This document shows positions 1 through 8,371 of a DNA stretch of 54,507 nt, in pieces. This DNA is from an uncultured Verrucomicrobiota bacterium (GTDB lineage: Bacteria > Verrucomicrobiota > Kiritimatiellia > RFP12 > UBA1067). Numbering within the stretch: the stretch's first letter is position 1; every line of letters starts with the position of its first letter. Below the pieces are notes generated by a model. The model searched no databases and had not been told where the DNA came from. It saw nothing but the letters and a program-made list of their open reading frames with translations. Made by a program: the position numbers and the translations under genes. The DNA is taken from positions 1-54,507 of the forward strand of contig CAMORM010000003.1 of NCBI GenBank assembly GCA_946623785.1. Direction: 5' to 3'.

Positions 1-109
1 CTCGGGGAACGGACAGCGGTTTCCGGAAGTCAGGAAGAGCCTCTGCCTGCTTTGACGCGCCGAGCGCAACCGCGCCTGCTGCGCCTGTTATGAAAGTCCT
101 GCGCTTCAC
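1..109 (-). CDS. N-terminal fragment of a Tat-exported protein, probably a 4Fe-4S ferredoxin (NapG/MauM-like); runs off the window edge
   Basis: GTG at 109 overlaps the upstream stop (GTGA). Translates as MKRRTFITGAAGAVALGASKQAEALPDFRKPLSVPR, a twin-arginine signal. Product inferred from context only. Confidence 0.55.
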   Translation of the reverse strand, partial: MKRRTFITGAAGAVALGASKQAEALPDFRKPLSVPR

Positions 110-939
110 AGCCTCACCGCGCCTTTCCTGCATGCGCCGATGCAGTTGAAGCACCTCACGCAGCGCGAATCGTCGATGGTTGCGTTCTTCACGTCTATGC
201 ATGCCGCCTTGCACACGTGAGCGCACGCGCCGCACTTCACGCACCTGGAGGCATCTATGGAAATCCTCATGAGCGGGCGCTTCGCGACGATGGACAGAAG
301 CGTTCCCACGGGGCACACGGCGTTGCAGAACCAGCGGCCCTTAATCGCCGCCAGCGCGGCAAGCGCCATGGCCGAGGCAGCCGCGACCCAGAACGAGAGG
401 AATCCAGCGACAACTACTTCGTCGCTCATCACCCAGTACTTCTCGTGGGCGTCGCACCAGGCGGCCAGGAGGTTGATCGCCCACTGGAGCGCGGGACGCA
501 CCAGGTTCGTCACGAACCGTCCGTACACGCTGTACGGCTCGACAAGCGCGGGCAACGCGAAGCACCCCGCGAACGCGGCCAGCACCGTCAGCGCGAAGAC
601 CCAGTAGCGCACGCGGTTCATCGGCGGGGAGAAGGGAATTCCCCTTTTCGTGAACAGCCTGCGGATGCGGAACCAGACGTCCTGGTAGACGCCCAGCGGG
701 CACAGCGTGGAGCAGTAGACGCGTCCCATAAGGGCGGTGACGGCAAGTATCGCCAGTACGACCGGCAGGTTGAGCGCGACAATGGCGGGCCACAACTGCC
801 ATGCTGCGGCGCAGACTGTCTGCGGCGCATCTTCGGCGCAGAGTGAAGCAGCGATCATCGGCGCAAGGAAAGCCGCGTTCACGAGCACGAAGCAACCCAA
901 CGCAAGGATGACGCGGAGCGGCTTGAAGAAACGCCTCAC
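106..939 (-). CDS. Membrane polyferredoxin (NapH/MauN-like 4Fe-4S binding protein)
   Basis: Several TM segments, two CxxxCP motifs (GRVYCSTLCPLG, GRWFCNAVCPVG) and a C-terminal pair of CxxCxxCxxxC motifs. True start is the GTG at 939 overlapping the upstream TGA. Confidence 0.85.
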   Translation of the reverse strand: MRRFFKPLRVILALGCFVLVNAAFLAPMIAASLCAEDAPQTVCAAAWQLWPAIVALNLPVVLAILAVTALMGRVYCSTLCPLGVYQDVWFRIRRLFTKRGIPFSPPMNRVRYWVFALTVLAAFAGCFALPALVEPYSVYGRFVTNLVRPALQWAINLLAAWCDAHEKYWVMSDEVVVAGFLSFWVAAASAMALAALAAIKGRWFCNAVCPVGTLLSIVAKRPLMRISIDASRCVKCGACAHVCKAACIDVKNATIDDSRCVRCFNCIGACRKGAVRL

Positions 940-2270
940 CCGCGGCCGCCCTTCTTTACGCGATCGACAAGCGCAACGACGTTCTGAAGCTCCTCTACGA
1001 TCTTGACGCGCTGCGGGCACTTCTCGAGGCATGTGCCGCAGGACGTGCAGCACGAGGCGTCGGCGTGCGTCCCGAGCTTGTTCTTGTACATGACGAGGAA
1101 CTTCTTACGGTCAGCGGCCGACATCCCGCGACCGTCACCGTCCGGACCAAGCTTCCCCTCGATGCGCATCATGTTGACAAGCCCGAATATCTCGGGTATC
1201 TTCACCGAGTGCGGACACGGTATGCAGTATTCGCACCCGGTGCACGGAATTAGGTTCTTGCCCTGGTACTTCGCGCAGATGTCGAAGTAGGACTTCGTCT
1301 CCTCGTCGGTAAGCGGCTTCCAGTCTCGGAATGTGTTGATGTTGTCTATTACGTCCGACATCGAGCTCATCCCTGAAAGCGCGACGGTGACGTTCTTAAG
1401 CGACGTCACGAACCTGAACGCCCAGCCTGCGGGCGAAAGGCCGGGCTTGAGCTCCTCGAGCTTCTTGCGGGCACCCACGTTCACCTTCGCGAGGCGTCCG
1501 CCGTGGAGCGGCTCCATGACCATGACGGGAAGCCCCGCCTCGACGACCATCTCGTAGAACGTCCTGCCGTCGCCCTTCCAGTCGTCGGCGTTGAGCTGGA
1601 GCATCACGAACTCCCAGCCGATCTGGTCCTTGAGGTCGAGGAAGTGCCTGAGGTCGTCCTTGCCGCCGTGGAACGAGAAACCGAGGTGGCGGATCCTGCC
1701 CTTGTCGCGCTCGGACTTGAGGTAGTCGATGATCCCCAGGCCGAGATAGCCTCGCTTGAAGGCGCCCCAGTTTCCGATGGCGTGGCAGAGGTAGTTGTCG
1801 AAGTAGTCCGTTCGGCACGCCTTGAGCTGGGTCGCGAACGTCTCCTTTGCCTTTTCAAGCGACCTGCAGCCCGGGTTGCCGGGGAGCTTGTTTACGATGA
1901 AAAGGCTCTTGCGGTCGTACTTCTCAAGCACCTTGCCGGTGTAGTACTGCGACTTTCCGCCGATGTAGAACCAGGCGGTGTCGAAGTAGTTTACGCCGTG
2001 GCGATAGGCATAGTCGACGAGCTTGCCGGAAAGCTCCTCGTCGATATCCTTGCCCTTCATCGGCAGGCGCATCATGCCGAACCCAAGGCGCGAAAGCATG
2101 CGCCCTTTCTCGGCGGCGTACTCAACGCGAGCGATCTGGAACGGCGCCGGATCCGCAGCGTCCTCGGCAAGCAGGTCCAGGAGCATCATCCGGCGAGCCG
2201 CGGTAAGGCCGCAGGCAGCTGCGCCGCCGCGCAGGGCAAAGTCAAGCAAAGATCTTCTCGTAACCTCCAT
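936..2270 (-). CDS. Aldo/keto reductase with C-terminal 4Fe-4S dicluster domain and Tat signal
   Basis: RRSLL Tat-like motif; LGFGMMRLP, GVNYFDTAWFY, HLGFSFHG, VMEPLHGG; C-terminal CTGCEYCIPCP and CTSCGTCLEKCP; SD AGGAGG. Confidence 0.9.
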   Translation of the reverse strand: MEVTRRSLLDFALRGGAAACGLTAARRMMLLDLLAEDAADPAPFQIARVEYAAEKGRMLSRLGFGMMRLPMKGKDIDEELSGKLVDYAYRHGVNYFDTAWFYIGGKSQYYTGKVLEKYDRKSLFIVNKLPGNPGCRSLEKAKETFATQLKACRTDYFDNYLCHAIGNWGAFKRGYLGLGIIDYLKSERDKGRIRHLGFSFHGGKDDLRHFLDLKDQIGWEFVMLQLNADDWKGDGRTFYEMVVEAGLPVMVMEPLHGGRLAKVNVGARKKLEELKPGLSPAGWAFRFVTSLKNVTVALSGMSSMSDVIDNINTFRDWKPLTDEETKSYFDICAKYQGKNLIPCTGCEYCIPCPHSVKIPEIFGLVNMMRIEGKLGPDGDGRGMSAADRKKFLVMYKNKLGTHADASCCTSCGTCLEKCPQRVKIVEELQNVVALVDRVKKGGRG

Positions 2271-2354
2271 GGCACACCTCCTGTCCCTCCGATGTTGTAA
2301 GACAGGGGAATTGTACCATATCCAGCGCCTTCGGACAAACGGGAAAAGAAGCCG

Positions 2355-3866
2355 TCAGAACACGTCCTCGGTGCGGAGCTCGCCAGGTGATGGCTCGGCC
2401 TCCACTGCGCCGTCGGCCGACTCCTGGTCTTCGCGGAAGTCGCGGTCGCCGAACCTGGTGCCCTCGCGGCGGAAGTTCATGCGGACCTCGCCGGTTTCGC
2501 CGTTGCGGTGCTTTGCAACGTCCACAATCGCGAGGTTCTTCTTCTCGAACTCGGGATCGCTCTTCGTCATGCATGGACGGCGCAGGAGGAACACGACGTC
2601 CGCGTCCTGCTCGATCGCGCCGGAGTCACGAAGGTCAGAGAGCTTCGGCTGGGCGATCTTGTCGCCGCGCTGCTCGTTGGCGCGTGAGAGCTGCGAAAGC
2701 ACTATCACAGGTATCTTAAGTTCCTTCGCCATGCCCTTGATGTTGTTGGACACCTGGGAGACCTCGATCTGGCGGCCCTGCTTCTGGAACTCGCGGCAAC
2801 CGCAGAGCTGGAGGTAGTCGATCACGATGAGCTCGATTCCAAACTGCTTCTTCATGCGGCGCGCCCGCGCGCGCATGTCCATTACGTCGAGACCGCCGGT
2901 GTCGTCGATGTACAGAGGTGCCTGGCGCAGCTGGTCCGAGGCGACCGCAAGCCTTTCCGAGGCCTCGGCGCGCTCGCGCTTGTCCATTATCCCCTGCTGC
3001 ATCCGGAAGAAGTTAACGCCGGCCCTTCCGAGGACCATTCGCTTTGCGAGCGACTCCGTCGACATTTCTAGCGAGAAGACGAGCACCGGATGCTTCTTCC
3101 CGCCGTCCACGCGATTGGGCTGGCCGGCGATGTTCTGCCCCATTGCGCAGCACTCGGCGATGTTCATCGCCAGAGAGGTCTTGCCCACAGACGGACGCGC
3201 GGCGATTACTATCATTTCGCCGCCCTTGAGGCCCTGTATCTTCTTGTCGAGGTCGCGGAAACCGGTGGACAGGCCGTCTATCGCGTCCGCGCCGCGGTCG
3301 AAAGTCATCTCCAGCGACCTGAACGTGCGGTTGATCGCCTCGTTCCAGTCGAGGCGGGAACCTGCAGAGCCGCCCAGCGAGAGGAAGGACTTCTCTGCCT
3401 CGCCGAGGAGGATGTCGGCGTTCTCGCCTTCGGCTGCATAGCACTTGCGCTCGATCTCCGAGGCGCATTCGATGACCTTGCGAAGAAGGCTCTTCTGCCG
3501 GACGATGTCGATGTAGTACTCCGCATGGGCAGAGGTCGGCGTGTCGTCGAGGATGGACTGGATGTAGGCGACTCCTCCTGCAGCCTCGAGGCGGCCGGTC
3601 GAGCGCAGACGCTCGTCCAGCGTAACGCAGTCTACCGGCATTCCCGCAGAAGACAGCTCGGAAAGCGCCGAGAAGATTGTCTTGTTGCGCGGCGAATAGA
3701 ACGACTCCGCGGATATGCCCTTGGACAGGCATAGGTCCAGCACGCGGTTGTCCGCCTCTGCGGAAGCCGCGTCCAGCATTATGGATCCGAGCACTCCGCG
3801 CTCGGCGCTGAGATTGGAGGGTGGCGTTCTCGTCTGGAGGTCGCCGCTGTTCGTGTCGTTGGCCAT
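2355..3866 (-). CDS. dnaB: Replicative DNA helicase DnaB
   Basis: PPSNLSAERGVLGS, Walker A AARPSVGKT, IDYLQL, LSQLSR, SDLRDSGAIEQDAD, AKHRNGETG. Confidence 0.97.
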   Translation of the reverse strand: MANDTNSGDLQTRTPPSNLSAERGVLGSIMLDAASAEADNRVLDLCLSKGISAESFYSPRNKTIFSALSELSSAGMPVDCVTLDERLRSTGRLEAAGGVAYIQSILDDTPTSAHAEYYIDIVRQKSLLRKVIECASEIERKCYAAEGENADILLGEAEKSFLSLGGSAGSRLDWNEAINRTFRSLEMTFDRGADAIDGLSTGFRDLDKKIQGLKGGEMIVIAARPSVGKTSLAMNIAECCAMGQNIAGQPNRVDGGKKHPVLVFSLEMSTESLAKRMVLGRAGVNFFRMQQGIMDKRERAEASERLAVASDQLRQAPLYIDDTGGLDVMDMRARARRMKKQFGIELIVIDYLQLCGCREFQKQGRQIEVSQVSNNIKGMAKELKIPVIVLSQLSRANEQRGDKIAQPKLSDLRDSGAIEQDADVVFLLRRPCMTKSDPEFEKKNLAIVDVAKHRNGETGEVRMNFRREGTRFGDRDFREDQESADGAVEAEPSPGELRTEDVF

Positions 3867-3872
3867 GGGAAT

Positions 3873-3881
3873 ATTCTACCA
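3873..3881 (-). promoter_or_regulatory. Extended -10 promoter (TGGTAGAAT) 6 nt upstream of the dnaB ATG
   Basis: Minus strand reads ttTGGTAGAATattcccATG; no SD sequence. Confidence 0.6.
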
Positions 3882-3908
3882 AATCCCCCGCCCAGTGACG
3901 CCCCGGCG

Positions 3909-3949
3909 ATGTCTACACATGTCGACAGGTTGTCTACATGTTGTCTACA
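3909..3949. repeat. Four phased direct repeats (A/T)TGTC(T/G)ACA, DnaA-box-like
   Basis: TGTCTACA at 3910, TGTCGACA at 3920, TGTCTACA at 3931 and 3942; spacing 10/11/11 bp. Confidence 0.7.
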
Positions 3950-3960
3950 GCGTACGCACC

Positions 3961-3999
3961 GAAAGAAAAAACCGCCCGGCCCGAGGGGCCGGACGGTTC
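3961..3999 (-). terminator. Intrinsic terminator of potD
   Basis: Plus strand aaccgcccggcccgaggggccggacggtt forms a GC-rich hairpin, followed on the minus strand by TTTTTCTTTC. Confidence 0.8.
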
Positions 4000-4020
4000 T
4001 CGCCTTTGACATGAACAGGC

Positions 4021-5064
4021 CTACTTGCCGCCCTTGATGCGGTCCCAGGCCTTGATGTAGAGGTCGCGGACCTCGGGCTTGTCGGAGAGGTCCTTCAGCA
4101 TTTCCCCGTTGGCGAGCGTCTCCTGGTCGATAACGAGTATCTTCTTCATCGATTCGTCGAGCGCGGCGAGCGCAGGGGCCACGGGCATCGGCGCGAGGAC
4201 GGACTCCATGTTCGGCTTGGCGTTCTCGGGGTCGTAGAGGAAGTTGATGAACTTGTGGGCGAGCTCGGGATTGGGCGCGTCTGCCGCAATCACCATTTCG
4301 TCGAACGAAATAGAGAAGCCCTCCTTGGGAAGGGAGAAGCCGACGTCCTTGTTGTCGCACATGACCTGCGTGATATCGCTGGAATAGCCGTGCCCAACGA
4401 ACCACTCGCCGCCGTCGACAGCCGTCTTGTACTGCTCGTTGTCGAACTTGGCGATGTTCGCCTTCCACTTGAGGACGAGCTCGACGGCTTCGTCGATTTC
4501 CTTGGGGCTCTCGGTGTTGAGGGAGTAGCCGAGGCAGCGCAACGCTGCGCCGATGGTCTCGCGCATGTCGGCGAGAAGCGACATCCTGCCCTTCAGGGCG
4601 GCCGTCTCGTACACGTGCCAGCTGTCGACAGGTGCGGAGCCGACCTTGTCCTTGCGGTACGCTATGCCGGTGTAGGTGACCATGTAGGGCGCGCTGTAGG
4701 TGAAGGTCGGGTCGAGGATGCAACTTCCGAAGCTCTTGTCGAAGTTCTTCGCCACGTTGGGGATAAGGGTGTGGTCGAGCTTCTTGAGCATGTCGTTCTT
4801 GACCATCAGCGGAATCTGGTAGGAGCTCGGCATGATGATGTCGTAGCCGGTGGATCCCGCCTGGAGCTTGGCGTACATGGCTTCGTTGGAGTCGAACGTG
4901 TCAACCACGACCTCGCAGTCGTTTGCCTCCGCGAACTTTGCTATCACGTCCGGGTCGATGTAGTCGCTCCAGGTATATACGTGGAGCACCGGCTTGGACG
5001 GTCCGCACCCCGCGACGATGCCTGCCGCGACCGCGGCACCTGCCAGAAGCTTCATGCACTTCAT
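4021..5064 (-). CDS. potD: Spermidine/putrescine ABC transporter substrate-binding lipoprotein (PotD family)
   Basis: Lipobox IVAGC; VYTWSDYIDP, FDSNEAMYAKL, YDIIMPSSY, PKEG. Start MKCMKLL after SD GGAAAGGA. Confidence 0.9.
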   Translation of the reverse strand: MKCMKLLAGAAVAAGIVAGCGPSKPVLHVYTWSDYIDPDVIAKFAEANDCEVVVDTFDSNEAMYAKLQAGSTGYDIIMPSSYQIPLMVKNDMLKKLDHTLIPNVAKNFDKSFGSCILDPTFTYSAPYMVTYTGIAYRKDKVGSAPVDSWHVYETAALKGRMSLLADMRETIGAALRCLGYSLNTESPKEIDEAVELVLKWKANIAKFDNEQYKTAVDGGEWFVGHGYSSDITQVMCDNKDVGFSLPKEGFSISFDEMVIAADAPNPELAHKFINFLYDPENAKPNMESVLAPMPVAPALAALDESMKKILVIDQETLANGEMLKDLSDKPEVRDLYIKAWDRIKGGK

Positions 5065-5318
5065 TCGAATAATTCCTTTCCGCTGGTTCTGATGTTTCCG
5101 CGCAGGCTCCGATAGGCCAGCGCGCATAAGATTATACCATCCTAGATTCGCTTTACAACCACAAACAGCAAAAAACTTGCGAGGCGCGTGGAGCCGGTCC
5201 GCGATTGCCGATGGCGCGCGACGGGCCGCCGCGCGGACCGGGCGGACGCATCAAGTCTCAATTGGCCGGAATTCAGACGGAAAAACGCTATGCGTGCTTT
5301 ACTACTGACGGAGGTAAA

Positions 5319-5327
5319 TGGTATAAT
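5319..5327 (+). promoter_or_regulatory. Extended -10 promoter (TGGTATAAT) 7 nt before the ddl ATG
   Basis: TTTACT-N18-TATAAT with TGn extension; no SD between promoter and ATG. Confidence 0.65.
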
Positions 5328-5334
5328 TGCCGAC

Positions 5335-6252
5335 ATGAATTTCAGGAAAATCGCAGTATTGATGGGAGGCGTCAGCAACGAGCGCGAAATCTCGCTCATA
5401 TCGGGCGCAAACGTTGTCGAAGCCCTGGCCCGCCTTGATGGCGTGGAGGTGACGCCGGTAAGGCTTGATGGGAACGCCCTTCCCGCGCTGCCGGAAGGCA
5501 CGGACGCGTGCTTCATCGCACTTCACGGCGGCTGGGGGGAGAACGGCGGCGTGCAGCGCGCGCTAGACGCGCTGAAGATTCCGTACACCGGTCCAGGAGC
5601 GGACGCGTGCGAGCTCGCGATGGACAAGATCGCAACGAAGAAGGTCCTCGAAAAGGCGGGCGTTCCAACTGCCGCATGGCGCGAGGTGCGGTGCGGAGAC
5701 AACTCCCCAAACACCCTCGGGTTCCCCGTTGTAGTGAAGGCCCCGCGCGACGGGTCGAGCGTCGGCGTGTACAAGTGCGGCAGCGAGGCCGAATACCGCG
5801 AGGCGCTCGCAAAGGCGTGGAAGATCGACTCGGACGCGTTCGGCGGAGCGGGCACGGCGATAGCGGAGGCGTTCGTTGACGGGCGCGAGGCAACGGTTGG
5901 GGTCCTAGGCGGAAAGGCGCTTCCCGCCATCGAAATAGTCGCGGCCGGCGGATGGTACGGCTACGAAGAGAAGTACAACTCGGAGGAGACGCGCTACCCG
6001 TTCATAAAGGGAGAGCCTGAGCTAGAGGCCGAGCTGGCGCGCGTGGCGATAGAAGCATACCGCGTCTGCGGATGCAGGGGCGTCACGCGCGTAGACTTCA
6101 GGATAGACCGCGAAGGTCGCCCGCTCGTGCTGGAGCTGAACACCTCGCCTGGGATGACAGGCCACTCCCTGGTCCCGAAGGCCGCCGCGGAGGCAGGCCT
6201 CGACTTCCCGCGGCTCTGCGCTGCGATACTAGACGAAGCCTCATTCGGCTGA
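5335..6252 (+). CDS. ddl: D-alanine--D-alanine ligase
   Basis: GGVSNEREISLISG, ALHGGWGENG, AMDKIATK, GSSVGV, omega loop YGYEEKY, RVDFR, ELNTSPG. Confidence 0.96.
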   Translation: MNFRKIAVLMGGVSNEREISLISGANVVEALARLDGVEVTPVRLDGNALPALPEGTDACFIALHGGWGENGGVQRALDALKIPYTGPGADACELAMDKIATKKVLEKAGVPTAAWREVRCGDNSPNTLGFPVVVKAPRDGSSVGVYKCGSEAEYREALAKAWKIDSDAFGGAGTAIAEAFVDGREATVGVLGGKALPAIEIVAAGGWYGYEEKYNSEETRYPFIKGEPELEAELARVAIEAYRVCGCRGVTRVDFRIDREGRPLVLELNTSPGMTGHSLVPKAAAEAGLDFPRLCAAILDEASFG

Positions 6253-7151
6253 TGCGGGAACAAGACAACGGAATTCACGACATGTCGATATTCAGCAGAA
6301 AGAACAAGCCAAAGCAGAACAAGATGCTGAAGCCCATCTCCTCGAGGGGAGAGGACAACGGCAAGGGAATCGCGGACAAGCTGCTCGTGGCGCTGGCGCT
6401 AGTCTTCTGCGCCGGGATTGCGGCCGGGGCTGTCATCGCGTTCAAGACCCTCTCCGGCATCTGCCGCGAGCAATGCCGCGCCAACGGCCAGAACTGCATA
6501 ACCGTGACGAGCGGCAAGATGATCTCGCCGGAGCTCATCATAAGCAGGTTCGGCCTCACCAACGGCGTGAACCTCGCGGAGGTGCCGTTCGCCGAGATCA
6601 GGAGCCTGTTCCTCAAGAACGTGCCCCAGATCAAGGAAATCACCATCACGCGGCGCATGCCGGACAAAGTCCGCATCGAAGTCGTCGAGCGCGAGCCGGC
6701 CGTGCGCCTTTCGGGCGACGGACGAGTGGCCGACGCCGAAGGGGTCGTGTTCGAATACTACCGCGGAACGTCAATGCTGCCGCTCATCACCGACAACGAG
6801 GCCGCGTCCGACGCGATGCCGGGGAACAGGCTCTCGGGACACGCCGCCGCTGCGCTCAGGCTAATTCTCGCCGCCGCCTCGAAAAACGGCGACGCCCCGC
6901 CGTTGCGCATACTCTCCGTCGACGCGACCAAGACGGACTTCCTCCTCCTCACTCTTTCCGACTACCGCCAGGCGCTTTTCGCCTGGCCCAACATGGATGA
7001 CGATACGCCAACGGCTCGCGAGGCCATGAAGGAGCAGATCGCCGCGCTTTCGACCGCGATCGCGACGCAGATCGGGAACAGCGGGAAGATTTGGGACGCC
7101 ACCGTCCCCGGGCGGGCATTTTGCAAAATCCCAGAACTGGAGCAATACTAG
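6252..7151 (+). CDS. ftsQ: Cell division protein FtsQ/DivIB family (alternative start 6282)
   Basis: Single N-terminal TM helix, POTRA-like PQIKEITITRRMPDKVRIEVVEREP, and position between ddl and ftsA. Confidence 0.8.
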   Translation: MREQDNGIHDMSIFSRKNKPKQNKMLKPISSRGEDNGKGIADKLLVALALVFCAGIAAGAVIAFKTLSGICREQCRANGQNCITVTSGKMISPELIISRFGLTNGVNLAEVPFAEIRSLFLKNVPQIKEITITRRMPDKVRIEVVEREPAVRLSGDGRVADAEGVVFEYYRGTSMLPLITDNEAASDAMPGNRLSGHAAAALRLILAAASKNGDAPPLRILSVDATKTDFLLLTLSDYRQALFAWPNMDDDTPTAREAMKEQIAALSTAIATQIGNSGKIWDATVPGRAFCKIPELEQY

Positions 7152-7153
7152 AG

Positions 7154-8371
7154 ATGTCTTCTTCACCAATAGCGGCGCTTGAAATAGGCACCACCAGAAC
7201 CGTGCTCGCCGTCGGCGAGCTGCAGCATAACGGGCGAATCCGCGTGCTGGGCACGGCCGCAATCCCGACAAGCGGCGTGCGCAAAAGCCAGATTGTGGAC
7301 GTGTCCCAGGCATCCGCGGCAATCGTGAGCGCGCTCAAGGCGATCGAGGAGACCGCCAGCGTGAACGTCAACATTGCGATGCTCGTGGTAAACGGCCCGC
7401 ACATCCAGTCGTCCGAGAGCATCGGCCTGTGCCAGCTGGAGTCGAACACCGTGACGGAAAACGACGTCAGCGAGGTCCGCGAGAAGGCACAGGCGCTCGC
7501 CCAGGCCGAACACGACACGATGACGCGCGAGGTGCTCCAGATATTCGACCTGGACTTCAGCGTCAACGACAGGCCCGGCATACTGAACCCGATAGGCATG
7601 AGCGGCCAGAGCCTCCGCCACGGCGTGCTCGCCGTTCACGCGTCGAAGGACGCGCTGCACGACGCGTCTGTCGCGGCAGGAGAGGCCAAGCTCGACATAA
7701 TAGAGCCCGTGTTCGCCGGATACGCGGCGTCGCTCGCCGTCCTCTCACCGCAGGAAATGAAGGAAGGCGTCCTTCTCCTCGACATGGGCGGAGGCTCCAC
7801 GAGCTACTCCGTCTTCTGCGACGGTCACATGGTGCACGCCGGCGTGATAGGCGTTGGAGGCGACCATGTGACGAACGACATCGCCGTGGCGTTCAACTGC
7901 AACACGAACCAGGCAGAAAGGCTCAAGCGCGAATACGGCTCGGCAACGATCGACGCATCTGACGCCGACAAGCGCGCGGACCTCCCGCCGTCGATGCCGG
8001 GAGCGGACATGCGCACGATATCGGTACGCGCGCTAGACACCGTGATCAACGCCCGCATGTCCGAGCTGTTCTCGATAATACTGCAGAATTTGGACACCGG
8101 AGGCTTTACCCACCGCCTTGGATCTGGCGTCGTCCTCACCGGAGGCGGATCCGCGCTCAGCAACGTGGAGAAGCTCGCGTCACGCGAGCTTGGGCTCGCA
8201 ACGCGCATTGGGATGCCAGTGAACGTCGACGGTCTCGAGAACGCCGACAACCCCGCTGCATTCGCAACGATCGCAGGCGCCCTGGTCTACTGCGGCGAAA
8301 GCGAGCGGACCCAGATGCACGGCAGCTTCAGCGATTTCCTGGGCAAGATATTCGGGAGGCGACAGAAATGA
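7154..8371 (+). CDS. ftsA: Cell division protein FtsA
   Basis: ALEIGTT, GVRKSQIVD, LDMGGGST, GGDHVTNDIA, VLTGGGS and C-terminal amphipathic helix FSDFLGKIFG. Confidence 0.95.
   Translation: MSSSPIAALEIGTTRTVLAVGELQHNGRIRVLGTAAIPTSGVRKSQIVDVSQASAAIVSALKAIEETASVNVNIAMLVVNGPHIQSSESIGLCQLESNTVTENDVSEVREKAQALAQAEHDTMTREVLQIFDLDFSVNDRPGILNPIGMSGQSLRHGVLAVHASKDALHDASVAAGEAKLDIIEPVFAGYAASLAVLSPQEMKEGVLLLDMGGGSTSYSVFCDGHMVHAGVIGVGGDHVTNDIAVAFNCNTNQAERLKREYGSATIDASDADKRADLPPSMPGADMRTISVRALDTVINARMSELFSIILQNLDTGGFTHRLGSGVVLTGGGSALSNVEKLASRELGLATRIGMPVNVDGLENADNPAAFATIAGALVYCGESERTQMHGSFSDFLGKIFGRRQK

Noticed and set aside
3880-4020. oriC next to dnaB
   Set aside because: Only about 150 bp, largely promoter and terminator; no AT-rich unwinding element and no dnaA/dnaN in the window.
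5310-5326. GGAGG followed by a mini-ORF ATG-GTA-TAA before ddl
   Set aside because: It overlaps the -10 element, so it lies upstream of the predicted TSS, and the SD spacing is too short.
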